From Balanoglossus misakiensis (taxonomy: Eukaryota > Animalia > Hemichordata): a DNA stretch of 64,000 nt. Positions within the stretch are counted from its first letter, which is position 1. The number at the start of each line of letters is the position of its first letter. Shown here piece by piece: positions 39,983 to 54,470 of this stretch. The stretch lies in assembly GCA_040954595.2 (NCBI GenBank), contig CM082587.2, positions 5,134,206 through 5,198,205 of the forward strand, written 5' to 3'. Made by a program: the position numbers and the translations under genes. A model generated the notes under the pieces. That model did not search any database, was not told the DNA's origin, and saw only the letters and a list, made by a program, of their open reading frames with translations.

Positions 39983-41933
39983 GATTCTTCGTATGCTCTG
40001 TTCGACAAATTATCTCAGTCACCTGAATATTGACAAAAAATACACGTTTGTTAACTCTGGTACTCCCCCAGGGAAGTAAATCTGAGTGGAGGCACGCATA
40101 CACATCTGAGTGACGTCGCGTCGAATGTGTCGCGGCGTGACCCCTGCGTGTGACATGTGACATTTGTAAACAAGCGCAAACAAATACACGTTGTAATGGT
40201 GGAATGTATCTAGGGCTATTGTGCAACGCCGTTATGTGTTGTTATCAACGCACCAGTGTCGCTCTATTTACCTTGCATGATTTAACACTCAACTCTCGCT
40301 TATCGAATTTAAAAAAAAGAAGATCTTTCTGACCATGGTGACGGAAAACCCGTCTCGGAAGATTTTAGGGCTAATTACATGGCGTACGAAAAACGTCCAT
40401 GGGGGCTACACGCAGCTGCCAATTTTAACATAACACAGGTGTAGGGACTTGGAGAAAGTGCGACGAGACACTGCTGGTTGACAGTGCTGATTTGGAGCAC
40501 CTGGTTTTTGTACGTACTGTCATGTTGCTGACCTCATAGGGTCGTGAAGATCGGATCCTGCTATATAAACCCTAATCACTCAAACATCCGGATAAACCCC
40601 GACAACGACTGTGTAAATATAAACTTTTGAATACGACAGGTATGTCACAACACAAAACGAAGCGAGGAAATGAATATATGCAGAGCCGCCTGAGTGACAG
40701 TCGGAATATACTGACAGCGATGGTGGAGCGATCGAACATTGCATTATGCTGATCTACAGCACCTTGTAAAGATACGTGTAATTACAGCATTCTTACCTTA
40801 ATTAATTGAAACCTGTGAGAGGTATACTAGTACAATGTCACCACACCCTTCAATATTGCCCTCTCACCTCGCTTTCAGTAAGTCGCTATTCATATGCAAA
40901 TGACTAACCGTGGATGCGGTGACAAATATGGCGGCTCCGCGTATAAAGTTTACGCACCTGAACATCACTGTCGGCGATGTACACGGCAAAACGAATTCGG
41001 TACATAGTGTCAAAATATTGGCCCTGTTAATTTACATGTATGACGTCTAGGGGGAAAGAACCCACAGATATGTCTGCACATTACATCGAATCTTTAACGT
41101 AACATTACGTAATTCATTTTCTGCAAAGATATTGTATTTGAGTTAATTATTAACGAGCCATGAAAAGCCATTTCCTTCGTTACCTGTTCGTTACCCAAAC
41201 TTAGTTTGAAATAACATTCTTTCGGAGTCTTAGTCCGAACACTTCGGGTCGTGGCCGAAAATCTAGAAAATCCGAAAAAAATTTATGTGTAGCTAGTGCC
41301 CCACACGTTGTCATCCGAACACTAAGAAACACGTCTTTTGACCATATATAGGCATATTAGAGGTGACCATATATGAACCTTCTTAAACATTTGATTTTAT
41401 TTACCAGGCAATGTGGTACATGTATATGTATTTGATATATACAATAATAGAATCAACAAGAACATTAAATCTATTTCTGTTTTATAACCATCACCGATGT
41501 TTCCAACAATATATCAACTGATATGTGATTTACACCAGACCACAGTCATTGGGCCTAAGTCGTTATGAAATAAAAACAGGTGTTAGGCCTATGGTGCAGC
41601 CCAAGGGCCACGCCCCGGAGAACTGAAAGTTTTGCAATCAATGAATAAATCAAAACATGATTGAATTTCACAAAGTAATAGTATTCACTTGTTTATAGGT
41701 GAACTAAGTTATTCATATACTAGTATATAACAAGTATTTCCACGTATCCGCTATATAACTTGCAATACATGTAGATGCTCGAAGAACGACGAGGAAATTA
41801 AACCACATAACGACTATATAGAAGGCTTCGCCAATCAGCTGTGTTTCAAGAGAAATAGCTGTCTTTCCATGGGACAAGCATTTCAACGAATGCAGTATGT
41901 CCGAAAAAAACTATCCTTCAGAAGCATATTTAC

Positions 41934-42515
41934 TCAGTGTTTCAGGAACTTTTTTATCATCTCTGCCAACTCGGGAAATGCATCCAGCATCGTGCAAGTA
42001 CCAATCTCCCAATCTCTGTAGTCAAAGCCTGGAGCCACCGCCTCGCCCTGTAACACCCAGTCGCCGTCGACGAGCGTCACGGCTTCCCAGTGACCGCCTG
42101 GTGTTACGACCTGCAGATTGTCGCCCATCTTCAGGTTTCCTCCCAGGCGATGAGTCTGCAAGTGCCCGTCGTCGCCGATCATGTACACCTCTGCGGAACC
42201 GCCTAAATGGAAATACCTCACTATATCAGATCGGTTTCTGTGCCAGGTGCACGTTGGCGACAGTTTGGTCAGGAGGTAGTATATGGAAGTGCAGACGTTC
42301 CGCATCTCTGAGTGGCGATCTTCGAATTTGTCGGTCTTCATCAGATCACCTTCGTAATCAGTCAAGCCGCTTGTCTGTCCCGGGACCGCGCCAGACCTGT
42401 ACGTCTCGCTGAAGTACCCACCTTCAGTGTGTGGACTTAAATCTAACGCGGTGATAATCTCTTGGGCCTCCCGAGGCTCTGCTAAAGTTTTGCTTCTCGA
42501 TTTACGTGGGTCCAT
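41934..42515 (-). CDS. Cupin, DUF985/Cupin_5 (YML079W-like) family, intronless, copy 1
   Basis: L.PH.EGGYF.ETYRS, TSIYYLL, WHRNRSD..YFHLG, LG..L..G..LQVVTPGG.W, GEAVAPGFDY.DWE. Confidence 0.88.
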   Translation of the reverse strand: MDPRKSRSKTLAEPREAQEIITALDLSPHTEGGYFSETYRSGAVPGQTSGLTDYEGDLMKTDKFEDRHSEMRNVCTSIYYLLTKLSPTCTWHRNRSDIVRYFHLGGSAEVYMIGDDGHLQTHRLGGNLKMGDNLQVVTPGGHWEAVTLVDGDWVLQGEAVAPGFDYRDWEIGTCTMLDAFPELAEMIKKFLKH

Positions 42516-43408
42516 ATTGCTGAATGGAAACCTTATAATTTACGTGACGATTACGCCTATATATACATGTACATGTATATAAAGGCGGGACATTTTATTC
42601 AAATGTCAACAGTCCAGCTGCAAACTCCTGTGTGTTTTCCAATATTTTTACATTTTTTTCGCAAGATTTACGGTGTTTATTGTCATTCGATCGTGCATTT
42701 GACATCTGTCGGGTGACAGTTGAAAAAAAGTCGCCCTGTTACTTTGAGACTGCCAACTGTTTACTGTCACTCATGATTATTCAAAAGCAAATGGCATGCG
42801 AACGCTCACATCACCACGCCCTATCTGGGCCATGACGGTACCTGACGAAATTCAATGCTTTAGACTGCAATTACCTGCATGCATGCTTAACAACATAACA
42901 ATAGGTAACACAGGTCAGACTTTCGAATGGCGAGGCAAACGCATATAGAATTTTACAAGCAGCCTATCATTGCGTGTCTAGGTTACAATTGCTCTGCCAA
43001 CCAAATGTGCACCTGGCTTACCGACAAACGAGATCCCAATGAACTAAAATGCGATGTAGTTCTCCAATGTGTAATAACTACATGGAAAAACCTTTAAAAA
43101 ACCACGCCAGATATTCTACATAACAAATGACATGCGGGTGCCTTGATAAATAAAACAGGCGACAGCCTGAATCAGTCTCCCGTGAAATATAACTGGGGCT
43201 TAGTGTGGATACATCTAAATAGAGATGTCCCTGACCCTATAGCCGTACTTTTTATGTAGTGTGACCAATGCATTGACCGCTTTGTCACCATTACACAAGA
43301 CAGATTGAACAGCCCACTAGTCGCTTGGTATTTTTTTGTCTTCATTATCAATACCTTCATTTCAACGAATGCAGTATGTTCGAAAAAAACTATCCTTCAG
43401 AAGCATAT

Positions 43409-43993
43409 TTATTGTTTCAGGAACCTATTTATCATCTCTGCCAAATCGGGAAATGTATCCAGAATCGTGCAAGTACCAATCTCCCAATCTCTGTAGTCAA
43501 ATCCCGGAGCCACCGCCTCGCCCTGTAACACCCAGTCGCCGTCGACGAGCGTCACGGCTTCCCAGTGACCGCCTGGTGTTACGACCTGCAGATTGTCGCC
43601 CATCTTCAGGTTTCCTCCCAGGCGATGAGTCTGCAAGCGCCCGTCGTCGGCGATCATGTAGACCTCTGCGGAACCGCCTAAATGGAAATACCTCACTATA
43701 TCAGATCGGTTTCTGTGCCAGGCGCACGTTGGTGACAGTTTGGTCAGGAGGTAGTATATGGAAGTGCTGATGTTCCGGACTTCCGTGTGATGATCTTCGA
43801 ATTTGTCGGTCTTCATCAGATCACCTTCGTAATCTGTCAGGCCGTGTGTGTGCCCTGGGTCGACCGTGCCTGACCTGTAAGTCTCGCCGAAGTACCCACC
43901 TTCGGAGTGTGGGATCAAATGCAACATGTTTATGATGTCCTGGACTTCTTGAGGCTCTGCTGGTTCTTGGCTTGTCGATACAGGTGGGTCCAT
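43409..43993 (-). CDS. Cupin, DUF985/Cupin_5 family, intronless, copy 2
   Basis: Tandem paralogue of 41934-42515 with the same motifs. Confidence 0.88.
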   Translation of the reverse strand: MDPPVSTSQEPAEPQEVQDIINMLHLIPHSEGGYFGETYRSGTVDPGHTHGLTDYEGDLMKTDKFEDHHTEVRNISTSIYYLLTKLSPTCAWHRNRSDIVRYFHLGGSAEVYMIADDGRLQTHRLGGNLKMGDNLQVVTPGGHWEAVTLVDGDWVLQGEAVAPGFDYRDWEIGTCTILDTFPDLAEMINRFLKQ

Positions 43994-44548
43994 TGTGAAA
44001 ACACTATTGATTTCCCGCAGTTTACGTTAGTCAGGTTGGCAAATCTGTTTTTTAAATACGTGTTAGTTAACACGGAATGGGGATACTTGCCTTGATCTAG
44101 GTCATGGACACACTTTCTCCTTTGACCTACATGGGCTGACGAATCATAGTGTCCGTGGGAGGACATATTCTCATCAAGGCGGACACCCACGCACGCCGCG
44201 ACGACCCATTCCCTTTAATTATGCCATAAAAGAATTGTATGTAATGCATTTACCTGAAGTTCTAGTAGTGCTATACCGAGCAAACATTCACCAAATTTCA
44301 CCATTAAAAACACCCGTATACCATTTCATAGGAAACCTAAAAAAACGAAGGAACAACATTTCACTATAAACAGATTTTATACCATAAATTTATTTTCTTC
44401 TAAAATGGCTGGGATTGACATGCAATTAACCAAGTCCACACTTGAACACACGAATCACACTTGCTCACTGCGCGACGTACGTTGGTTTCCCGTGTGCCAA
44501 AAAATATGCGACCAAAAATGGGGAATATTTGATTTACAGTTTTTACAG

Positions 44549-47500
44549 TTATTGTCCTCCAGATAGGAATCTGCCGATCAGGTCTCTCGATATTACGAGT
44601 CGCTGGATCTGAGATGTCCCTTCGTATATCTGAAAATAAATGAAGATGTTGAATCAGTTGACTCTGAAACTTACGCTATGTTTGCACCCGATGGCACAAA
44701 AATAGATTGAAGCTCGGTTCCGACAAACGCAGGCGATAAACTCTGTCATTTCGCCACCAACGGTGGGTATGACAAATACCACTGCGTATGACGCGGACAA
44801 TACTGTTGGAAGTTTTCATGACTACACTAACAACTTTTTGAACTAAAGGCTGTCCAACAAGAGATAAAATAGCTGAACAAAAAGTTATTCGAGGTATTTT
44901 GGTCTGCAGATTTTCTCTCGTGTGCGGGCGATTTTTATTGGACCCTATAGTTGGCGACATAACGCGAACGCGCTGAATGACTGAGAACTTAATTTTATCC
45001 AGCTCACCTGCAACGCCTTGGCATCTCGCATTAGTTTCTCCACCGGATACTCACGGTTGTAACCAGCCAGGCCAAATATCTGCACGGCATCCGTTGCGAC
45101 CTTGTTCGCGACGTCGGACGCGTGCGCCTTGGCTATGGACGAGAAGTACGAGTTCCGCTCGCCCTGGTCAGCTTGTAAGGCCGATTTGAGCATGACAAAC
45201 CGGGCCGTCTCGATTCCTATGGCCATATCCGCCAACATGAAGCCCACAGCTTGGTGCTGGAAATGGAAAGGCGCAACCAGCGTGCCATCGTCAATGGAAT
45301 TTTCTGTGGCTAAAATAGTCATTTGATTTTGAGGAACGTGATAAATTTGTCTGTCGAGATGGAGTAAAAGGCTGTAAAGCTTACAAAATCTAGATATAAA
45401 TTCAGCTGCGCAACGGGTAACCTTGGTAACAATCCTGGGGTAGTCCAGCTGATTTTCGGGATTTCAAAATGGCCACCGGAAGTACTGACACTCGCTTGAC
45501 TCTGGCACATAGCTAGAGAGTCCATCGAAATTCTCGTCTCTACTTACTGACCTGTGCGATGGGAACGCCCATTGTTTTCCTTTCCAGAGCATAACGAGTG
45601 GCCTCATCCAGGGCCCTTTCTGCCAAACCTGTGCAAACGGCTGCAACCTATTGTAATATAGACACGCCAAACAGATTTCTTGTCGGTGGCATGGAATCAT
45701 GTACACTGTATGAACTCTTCTGAACATTTGTACGGTATTTCATTCATGTCTTGTAATATTCCCGTAAATTATACGACTGTGCCTTACAATCTATATCACA
45801 CTGAGATAAAACAAGTCTTCAGTAATCTTTGGAACTCACGGGAGGGCGTGTACCGTCGAACGAGCCCATACTGATCTTGAAGCCAGCGCCTTCACCCATT
45901 AATACATTTTCTTTGGGCACGACGACGTCTTCAAATACGACGCTGCGCGTGTCACTGCAGCACAAACCCATCATCTTTTCCTGTAAGAAATGTTGACTTT
46001 GTAAGTTTTATGTTATGGTTTTATGTTGCTTTTTTTGTTGTAAAATGTTTGAAATAATATCTGGCTAATTTGCTGCAACAGTGATCACTTGCATGAGAGT
46101 GTCAATCGCTATTTGCGATGGGATCCAATATGGCTGCCAGTCAAGTGTAGGGTGGTTGATTCATCTATAAAGGGGGTAAGAAATGTTTTTTTACCTTCTT
46201 GCCAGGCCGAACCCCCGGCAAGTCTGCGTCCACTATGAAGCCGGTGAACGAACCGCCCGCCTTTGCCTTCGGGTCAGGATTGGTTCGTGCCAACACGAAG
46301 TACCAGTTGGCAGTTCCGCCATTGGTGATCCACATTTTGTGCCCGTTTATGACGTAATCGTCGCCCTTCCTGACGGCTCTCGTCTGAAGTCCAGCCACGT
46401 CGGAGCCTCCAGAGGGCTCTGTCACTGCATACGCCTGCGCGGGATGAAAATATTCACTGGAACGGACAGAGGGTAAAATTCGGGCTCTCTCCGTGACTTT
46501 ATCAGCCCCTCGACTTCTCAGTAATACCCCAGTTGCCTTCTCGATAGGCCAAGAGATTATAGAAAGTACATCATCTGTCCGAAGGACGCCGATGTATGTA
46601 ACACGGAGACTGAGTATAAACTCAGTGGACCAGTATGTAACATCTAGATTGCCGACTCAGTCACCCGCGCACAGTCACCACCGACGTCGACAAGAACGAA
46701 CGCTCGACGTTGGAGCTAATTTGACTGGCGATATATACTTACACACATGATCGGTTCATTCACCAGCCTGCCCAGATATTTCTTTTTCTGTTCTTCGTTT
46801 CCGGCCAGAATAACTGGGACAGCCTGTTATCAGAGCAAAAGAATACTAGTATAACTTATTTGTGCTCAGGCTTAAGATCTACAAACGCGAGAAGACATAT
46901 CGTTTTTGAAAGTTGTACTTATGTATTGGGATTATTGCAAGATCACCTTGCAAAATTCAGTATCAGTGCTCATTCCTTCCTTCATTCATTCTCTCTCTCT
47001 TTCCCTCCCTCCTCCACCTCTCTCTCCAAACCCGTCTAGCTGCCATCCCCAGTTCTCCTGGAAAATTAAGTACAATAACAGAAATATCTCGGTAGTAGCG
47101 GGACATTGTATACATACCGCTAGACTGTTACCGCCGTAGCATGTGGTGATACCAGCGCACCCGTACGCCAGTTCTTGGACCATGATACAGAGATCAACAA
47201 CCCCAAGGCCTTGGCCACCTGTTGATGACAATGTTGAATGCGGAATCAGGGGATGTTTATCGCTTTGATCACGCTTACATTTCTTTTCTTTGGTTGTCAG
47301 GTGATAATATTTACACTTTATGACGTCATTCTTCTACACTATGGCGGCTAAATATGTAAAAAATGCAAGAAATAATCCCTACCCACCTACCATTATTTTG
47401 AAAAAAGAACATGTAATTAGCCTGACCACATAGCAAAGGTTTTGCTTCATTTTTGTTCTACTTACCATATTTTTCTGGAATCATTCCATTGAGCATTCCA

Positions 47501-48936
47501 AGCTCCCACATTTTTTTCAGGATATCCACCGGGTACTGCGTTATTGAGCAAAAAATAAATAATAATAAAACACTCCCCGGTAAAGTTAATTTTTAGGGGG
47601 GGGGGTATTTTTATTGAAGTTAACAGCTAGTTTATTAACGTTACCTCAAGCACTGAATGATCGTGGTATTATCAAGACTCATCAGGAGAAGAAAATGCTG
47701 ATTAAAAATCGTCTAGTCTATACCTCGCCAGTCCGGTCATACTCAGCTGCCACGGGTATGATCTCTTCTTTTGTAAATTTACGTGTCATATCTTGCATTT
47801 GATACTGTTCGTTGGTTAAGGCTGGAAGTTAAAATGAAGAAAATGACTCCTGAAAGGTGGCGACGGCGGTGAATGATGATGGCGATGATAAGGAGGACGT
47901 ATATGGTTCCATCACTCGCATTCTTTGGTTATTTCTCAATGACTTTCTTTCATTCGTCATTTGTTCTGCGTATCAGTTGCTTCTAATTATAAAAAAACAT
48001 GCCAAAATGCCCAGCTGTATAGTTTTACCTACACAGCCCATACATCAGCAGTCAACGTTGTCATCTTTATTGAAAATTGCATTCAAACTCGGATGAAATC
48101 AGCCGCCAGCGGTCGCTGTTGACGAGAAGAATTCTTAGCCATGTTAGCTAGCATGGTAAAGATTTGATTCTTGAGATATTTGCTCACCGAAGGAAAGCCC
48201 TTGACTTCGTCTACCTGCTTCGGTTGATGCCATTCGCAGACATGGAGTGCAGGAAACTCGACAGAAATGCTGAAACAATTACGTTCGAAAAAGTTAATAT
48301 TAGGGTAGGTCGGGTAATCGGAACAGCACATATTTTTATTTGGCCTTATATTATATATATTCTCATCATTGATGATATGTTTCATCGTCATTGTTTCAGA
48401 ACAAAGATAGAAACAAAAGGTCTGGACAATATCAGAATATGCATGTAACCACAGGCGCTGGAATCCACTGACTGTAGCCTGATATAACATGTAAAGAAGG
48501 TTATTGTCAGTGGCTTCCGGAGCCTGTACATGTAACCTTGCTGATCCGTTCCTGTGACAGAGTCGGAGAAATAGCCTGCTCTGTTGCAGGGTGTGAAAAT
48601 AAAATTGAATGATTTCGGAGCTGTATGAACATTCCTGAATTAATCCTGGTATGTTACAGTACAGAATGGTGTATTTTATGGCTGTCGAGAACGCTATGAA
48701 CATTGAACTGAAACATGCATGGGTAATAAGTGGGATGGGCTGGTCTTTGTCCACACAGCACGGATCATACTTATGCACGTATTATGCACGTATGTATTAT
48801 GCACGTATACTATCATAAACACGTATGTAACATTGGATATACATTTAATGCATACTTATTGATCAAAACTTTCTCGTGAAAGATCGGGACTTGCCCGTGT
48901 AGGCAGCCTTACCTTTGCTAAATGTCGCAGTGCCAT
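44549..48936 (-). CDS. Medium-chain acyl-CoA dehydrogenase-like, copy A (divergent)
   Basis: 11 coding exons from MALRHLAK to [26 protein letters not shown]; [34 protein letters not shown]. Confidence 0.88.
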
Positions 48937-50159
48937 TTTCGTGATTGTAGTGCCACAAACTCCAGTGTCGACACACTGTACTGAAATAACGAGACTATTG
49001 CTGATTCTTCGGTGTACTTTGATCCCATATGACCGATATTCAACCTCACCTCACCAAAGGTTGAGTACGAATGCGATGATGTCCAATTGTAGTACTCAGG
49101 GGCGTAGAAAGCAAATCATGGTTTGGGAGGGGACAAATGTAACCTACATTCTGGTGGCAAATGACGTACAATTGAATTTTGCATGTACGAATAAATTTAA
49201 ATAGTTAAAGTAATATATGAATAAATGGAAATGACAAGTCATTACAATAGTTGTTAGGATTGGTAAAGGATGAGCAGTGAATGGGGTGGGTGTTTCGTTG
49301 TTTCGCAGAATATAACGAGCCACTTCTTATACTGTAAGGATTGCTCAGGGCTATTCAGGTTACTGGCGCCCTACTTTTACCGACATTAAAAGAAGGCATT
49401 TGCACTAAGGCTACCACACTCATAAATATTGTACCCCCAGGAAGGGCGCATGAGCAGGCTCGCCAGACGATTACTGCAGACAGAGAGTCGCTTGCCTTCA
49501 AACGTGTTTTTTCGGCGGGTGTCACGAGTTGTAAATTGTACACAGGTACAATCTGTTGCTTGCAGGTTGACGGCATCGGTGAGATTTGTCTTTTAGATTG
49601 TGGCTGCTTCCGTTTTGTCTCAGAGAGTTGGGGCAGGACACATTATTTTTGATACACAGAGGTATGATACATGTCATTGTAAATAAAACAATGTCACTGA
49701 TGATTACCATTTGATTATGTTACGCTCATTTTCTTTATCAGTTAATTGCTTCCTTGTTATACTCCATGTACCATGCCAAAATCTTTATCTAACAAATAAT
49801 CTTTACGTGTGCAATTACCAATATTGTTGTTGAAAATGAATTTTAAATTTCTCCTTGATGCAACTGTAAGGACAAGATATTCCATACGCATTTGCAGTGT
49901 TGAAAAAAAATGAAACACTGAGTTGCCAAGAAACTTTAGGGAGTAAACAAGGACCTGTGATTGATACACTGAAATGTTTATTTTTTTTAAATCAAAGTTA
50001 TTACGAGTGTTCCCTCAGACAGTCTCTGTGATACAGCAATAGAACATCTGCATTGATACATGTTGCATGTGTTAAGAAATATGATTTACGGTAAGTGGGC
50101 CAATCCGCAACCTCTACAACCCTGGACAGATTTTGTGGTTCTGGACGAGGGTTTGTTCC

Positions 50160-53100
50160 TCAATGGGCCCCAGCTTTGAATCTGCTGATCAGTTCTCTGG
50201 ATATAATGACCCTCTGGATCTGAGACGTCCCTTCGTAAATCTGAAATTGACATAATGATTTACATTATATGAAATTCCATCTGTTACTGGGATAATGTTA
50301 CTGGAAACATTATAATGCACACACATATCTAGAAGAACTAATATCACTCGCAGGAAACATGAAATCTGCATGTTCTGTTGCAATTGGATAAAAAGTTGGT
50401 CATCTCCAAATTCAATATTTATATATGATTTGCATATCTAGCAGTGGCTATACCTCATAGATCTTGGCATCTCTCATGAGTTTCTCCACTGGATACTCGC
50501 AGTTGAAACCACATCCGCCGTGTATCTGAACAGCGTCTGTTGCACATTTGTTGGCCACCTCCGAGGCGTAGGCTTTGGCGATGGACGCGAAGTAAGTATT
50601 CCGCTCGCCCTGATCGGTTTGCAGCGCTGACCGATGCATGACAAATCTGGCCGTTTCAACCCCGATTGCCATGTCTGCTAACATAAAGGCAACTGCTTGG
50701 TGCTGCAATGTGATGGTGAAATGGTCTACAGTTAACTGACGAAAGCTCCTGCAAATGTTGGCTATTGCACTAACGTAACAACCCTGTGAATCATAACATT
50801 TAGATTACTGAACTAATTAGCAAGGATTGGTGTATGCAAGCAGGTACAGATCATTTTGAACACACTGAGTATGAATGCAAATGTTGAATCGTGGCAGAGG
50901 ACCCATTTGGTTGCTACAAACCTGTGCAATTGGTACTCCCATTGTTTTTCTTTCAAGGGCATATTTTGTGGCTTCATCTAGACATCTTTGTGCTACACCA
51001 ACTGCGGCAGCCGCAACCTAATGGGGTACAAAAGAGACAGCCACGTATTACCTCAAACTGCATATCCACCGTGTAGTCCACAGACAGCCACGTATTACCT
51101 CCAATGCAGTTCCACAGTGACACGGAGACGCGCTCCCTCGGGACGGCTCCCAAATTCCACGCGGCGTCCTCGAAAACATCCACCACGGCTTCACCAAGTC
51201 CCTTCGGCAGTGTCAATCCTCAGCAACCACAGTCGACAGGCAAACTCCGTACGGTGGGCTCCCAAAACTCCTCCAAGGCGACGGCACAGCTACCAGACCA
51301 GAATCAAAATGAGCCACGCGACAACGTGGCACTGGGTGGTTTTTATACGCCAAACACCTGGTCACGTTAATATGTTAAATTAAGATATAAACATAGGTGC
51401 ACCTGGCCACGAAAACAATAGAAAAACTTCTCCTACGTTAACATTACTCACTGGTGGTCTTGTCTTGTCGAACGCTCCCATTGCAATCTTGAACCCGGCA
51501 CCCTCACCAATCAACACATTCTCCTTTGGAACCACGACGTCTTCAAATGTGATGCCACGCGTGTCACTGCTACGCTGCCCCATCATCCTTTCCTGCGAAA
51601 ATTTTCACCAATCAATCAATCAATCAATCGATAGATTTGTTAACCTTCATACTGTTGTAGAAACAATGGGCTACAATGCAATATTTAGGTACTCTGTATT
51701 TGGATACCATCCGAACATCTAAACTGATATTTAAGCAGATAAGGTTTGGCTCAGAAAACACTAACTCTTGAGGCAGTTATTATTATTATGGAGTGAACGT
51801 AAAGAAACAAAAGTCAATATTTCCTCACCTTCTTGCCAGGCTGCAAGCCAGGCGTGTCAGCGTCGACCAAAAACCCAGTGAATGACCCGCTGGCCTTCGC
51901 TTGCGTATCTGGGTTCGTCCTTGCCAGAACAAAATACCAGTTGGCAACTCCACCATTGGTGATCCACATCTTCTGTCCGTTCAGTACATACTCATCCCCC
52001 TTTTTCGCGGCTCTTGTCTGGATGCCAGCCACGTCAGAGCCTGCGCCCGGTTCTGTTACACAATATGCCTAAAATAAACGAAAGCTCTTTTTAGTACTTG
52101 CATATCACTATGCATATCTATGACAATTATTTTTTTCATTTTGAAGCATATCACAATTAATAAAATGAGCAATTAATTTTTTCCACGCGTGTTAACATCT
52201 ACTTACAGAAAGTACTGGTTCATCAACCAACCTTCCCAAGTATTTCTTCTTCTGTTGGTCGTTACCAAACAGGATGAGCGGCTGTTGCTAAAACATGAGA
52301 CATATAGAGATTCTTGATTTACAGACGTAAACAGTCTCCATTGCACCAAATATGCCAACATTATTCTGTGTCATGTCACTGAACTCGTACAGTACATTGT
52401 GGCTTTTTGTGACATCTCATGGCATTTCTGTAAATTCCTGCATATACATATAGTTAGATTTATATCCAATATGGGGGTCAGACACACAACGCGACTCAAA
52501 GGATTAATGCTCTGTGTTTACCATACCAGGTAAATGGTGTCTCAAAGTTTACGCTGTGTGAACCTGGTACAAGTATGGATGCCATTACACGTGCACATAA
52601 GATACTCACAGCGAGTGTGGTGCCAGTGAAAGAGCACGCAACTCCGGCACATCCGTATGACAGTTCTTCGGTTACTAGGCATGAATCAAGAGTTAACAGG
52701 CCTGGGCCACCTGTAAGTGAACGCTATTATCACACAAATGTAATATAGTGCATCGGTACACACCAAATTTGACTTGAATCTGGTGGCCATATTGGATCAG
52801 ATTGCAAACAAATTGCAGTGCAATATTGCAATACTGTCTCCTAAATTTTGAATTTTGTTTAATTTCCCTACCATATTTTTCAGGAATTTCAGGATTTAAT
52901 AGTCCAAGCTCCCACAATTTCTTCATTAATCCATGAGGGAACTGCAAAAATTAGAGACCAGAAAACACAAAAATCACATTGCTGTTTCTATGGTTATCCT
53001 TTCAAACCGAACTCCAGGTATAGAGTGCAACCATATTGAAGACAATTACATGTAGGGGCATATACATTTATAACTTTTACATCACTCCACAACTTTTATT

Positions 53101-54470
53101 ACTTCTTTCACTGATTTTCATCCTTTAGGTCTTCACATACTGAAGACAGGTCTATCACAAAACCCAAGTCACCATAGATCCGCCTCTGGATCAGCACAAC
53201 GACTTATACTAGGCCACGTACCTCTTCATTCCTATCCAACTCGGCTGCTACAGGAATAACTTCTTCTCTTGTAAACTTTCTCACCATATCTCGAATTTGG
53301 TACTGTTCCTCTGTCAAATCTACAGAAACGTAACGTGGCAAGGACTGACTGAATCAGTAAAAAATATGCAGCAATTAAAAGAAGATGGAACATGGCAGTG
53401 CGGTTTAAGTATTTTCTAAATTTCATTATAATAGAAAAAGTTTTAACAGCTAGTAGCTACGATACATGGCATCCAGCAGGGCGAGAAGTTTGCTGTATAT
53501 ATGATAACTAACAACAATAACATCATACAGTACAACGTTGGCATGCAAAGTGGACTTTTGACCAGACAAGATCATTTAGGGGCAAATCTACTACCGGTAG
53601 TTAACTAATGATCTAGATAAACATTTTTCACCGGCATTTGTAATAAGGGATGAACCATTTGATTTCTCGGGGTGGAGGATTTTGGGAGAAAAGCTTGTTG
53701 GCAGAGGGAATCCATACCCCCCAAGAAATCAAATGGTTCTCCCCTATGGATTTCTCACCAAATGACAAGCCATTCCTGTCTGGATGACTCTCCTTCTGGT
53801 CGCCCACTCCAGAGGCGTAAGATTTCAGCCGTATTCCAGGAATACTGGCAAGTCTGCAAATATTCTGAAATCAGTGGTAGATTCTGACATTAAAACATAA
53901 ATATTGCGATTACTTGCGTATTATACGCCCCAAATTCACAGTCAGATAATTGTGGTATAACATTTTCACTTATTGCATGCAAGAGTAGTAGAAATTTATA
54001 AGGGAGTATTATTTACAGTAGTTACAATCGTTCATAACAAAAGCAACATCAATGGGCATACTGTTTCGCTCTATTTTAGGATCTGGACAAAAATCTTTGT
54101 GGGGGTGGGGGGGGCACTGAAGTTGGAAGCACGTACTGTTTCTTCATCAGCCGTGTCATCGACATTATAGAAATGGTACATTAAAACGTGACATATATAT
54201 ATATGGAAAACATAGATCATTTCTGTCCCTAGTTTTAATGGTCGAATGGTCTTTCAGGCCAGTGAACACCACACGGTATAATAGATTCGGAAGGACCAGC
54301 CCTTTCTACAAATACTATAAACGCTGTCGACTGCGGTGAACACGGAACGAAGTGGATGGATCTGACCTTGAAAATAATATATGTCAACCTTTAAATACTA
54401 GTATATATACCACTGTGAACCTTACCTCCAAACGGGTTGGGTTTGCTAGTTTACGAAGTACGACCGCCAT
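50160..54470 (-). CDS. Medium-chain acyl-CoA dehydrogenase-like, copy B
   Basis: Same exon layout, [15 protein letters not shown] to [26 protein letters not shown]. Confidence 0.88.
51026..51443 (-). mobile_element. Truncated copy of the LTR seen at 30898-31776, filling an intron of ACADM-like copy B
   Basis: Long collinear similarity to about 31211-31730; the minus strand begins TGTTA. Confidence 0.8.

Noticed and set aside
41897-43770. Plus-strand ORFs of 171 and 144 aa conserved in both cupin copies
   Set aside because: Antisense shadows; their similarity follows from the DNA duplication
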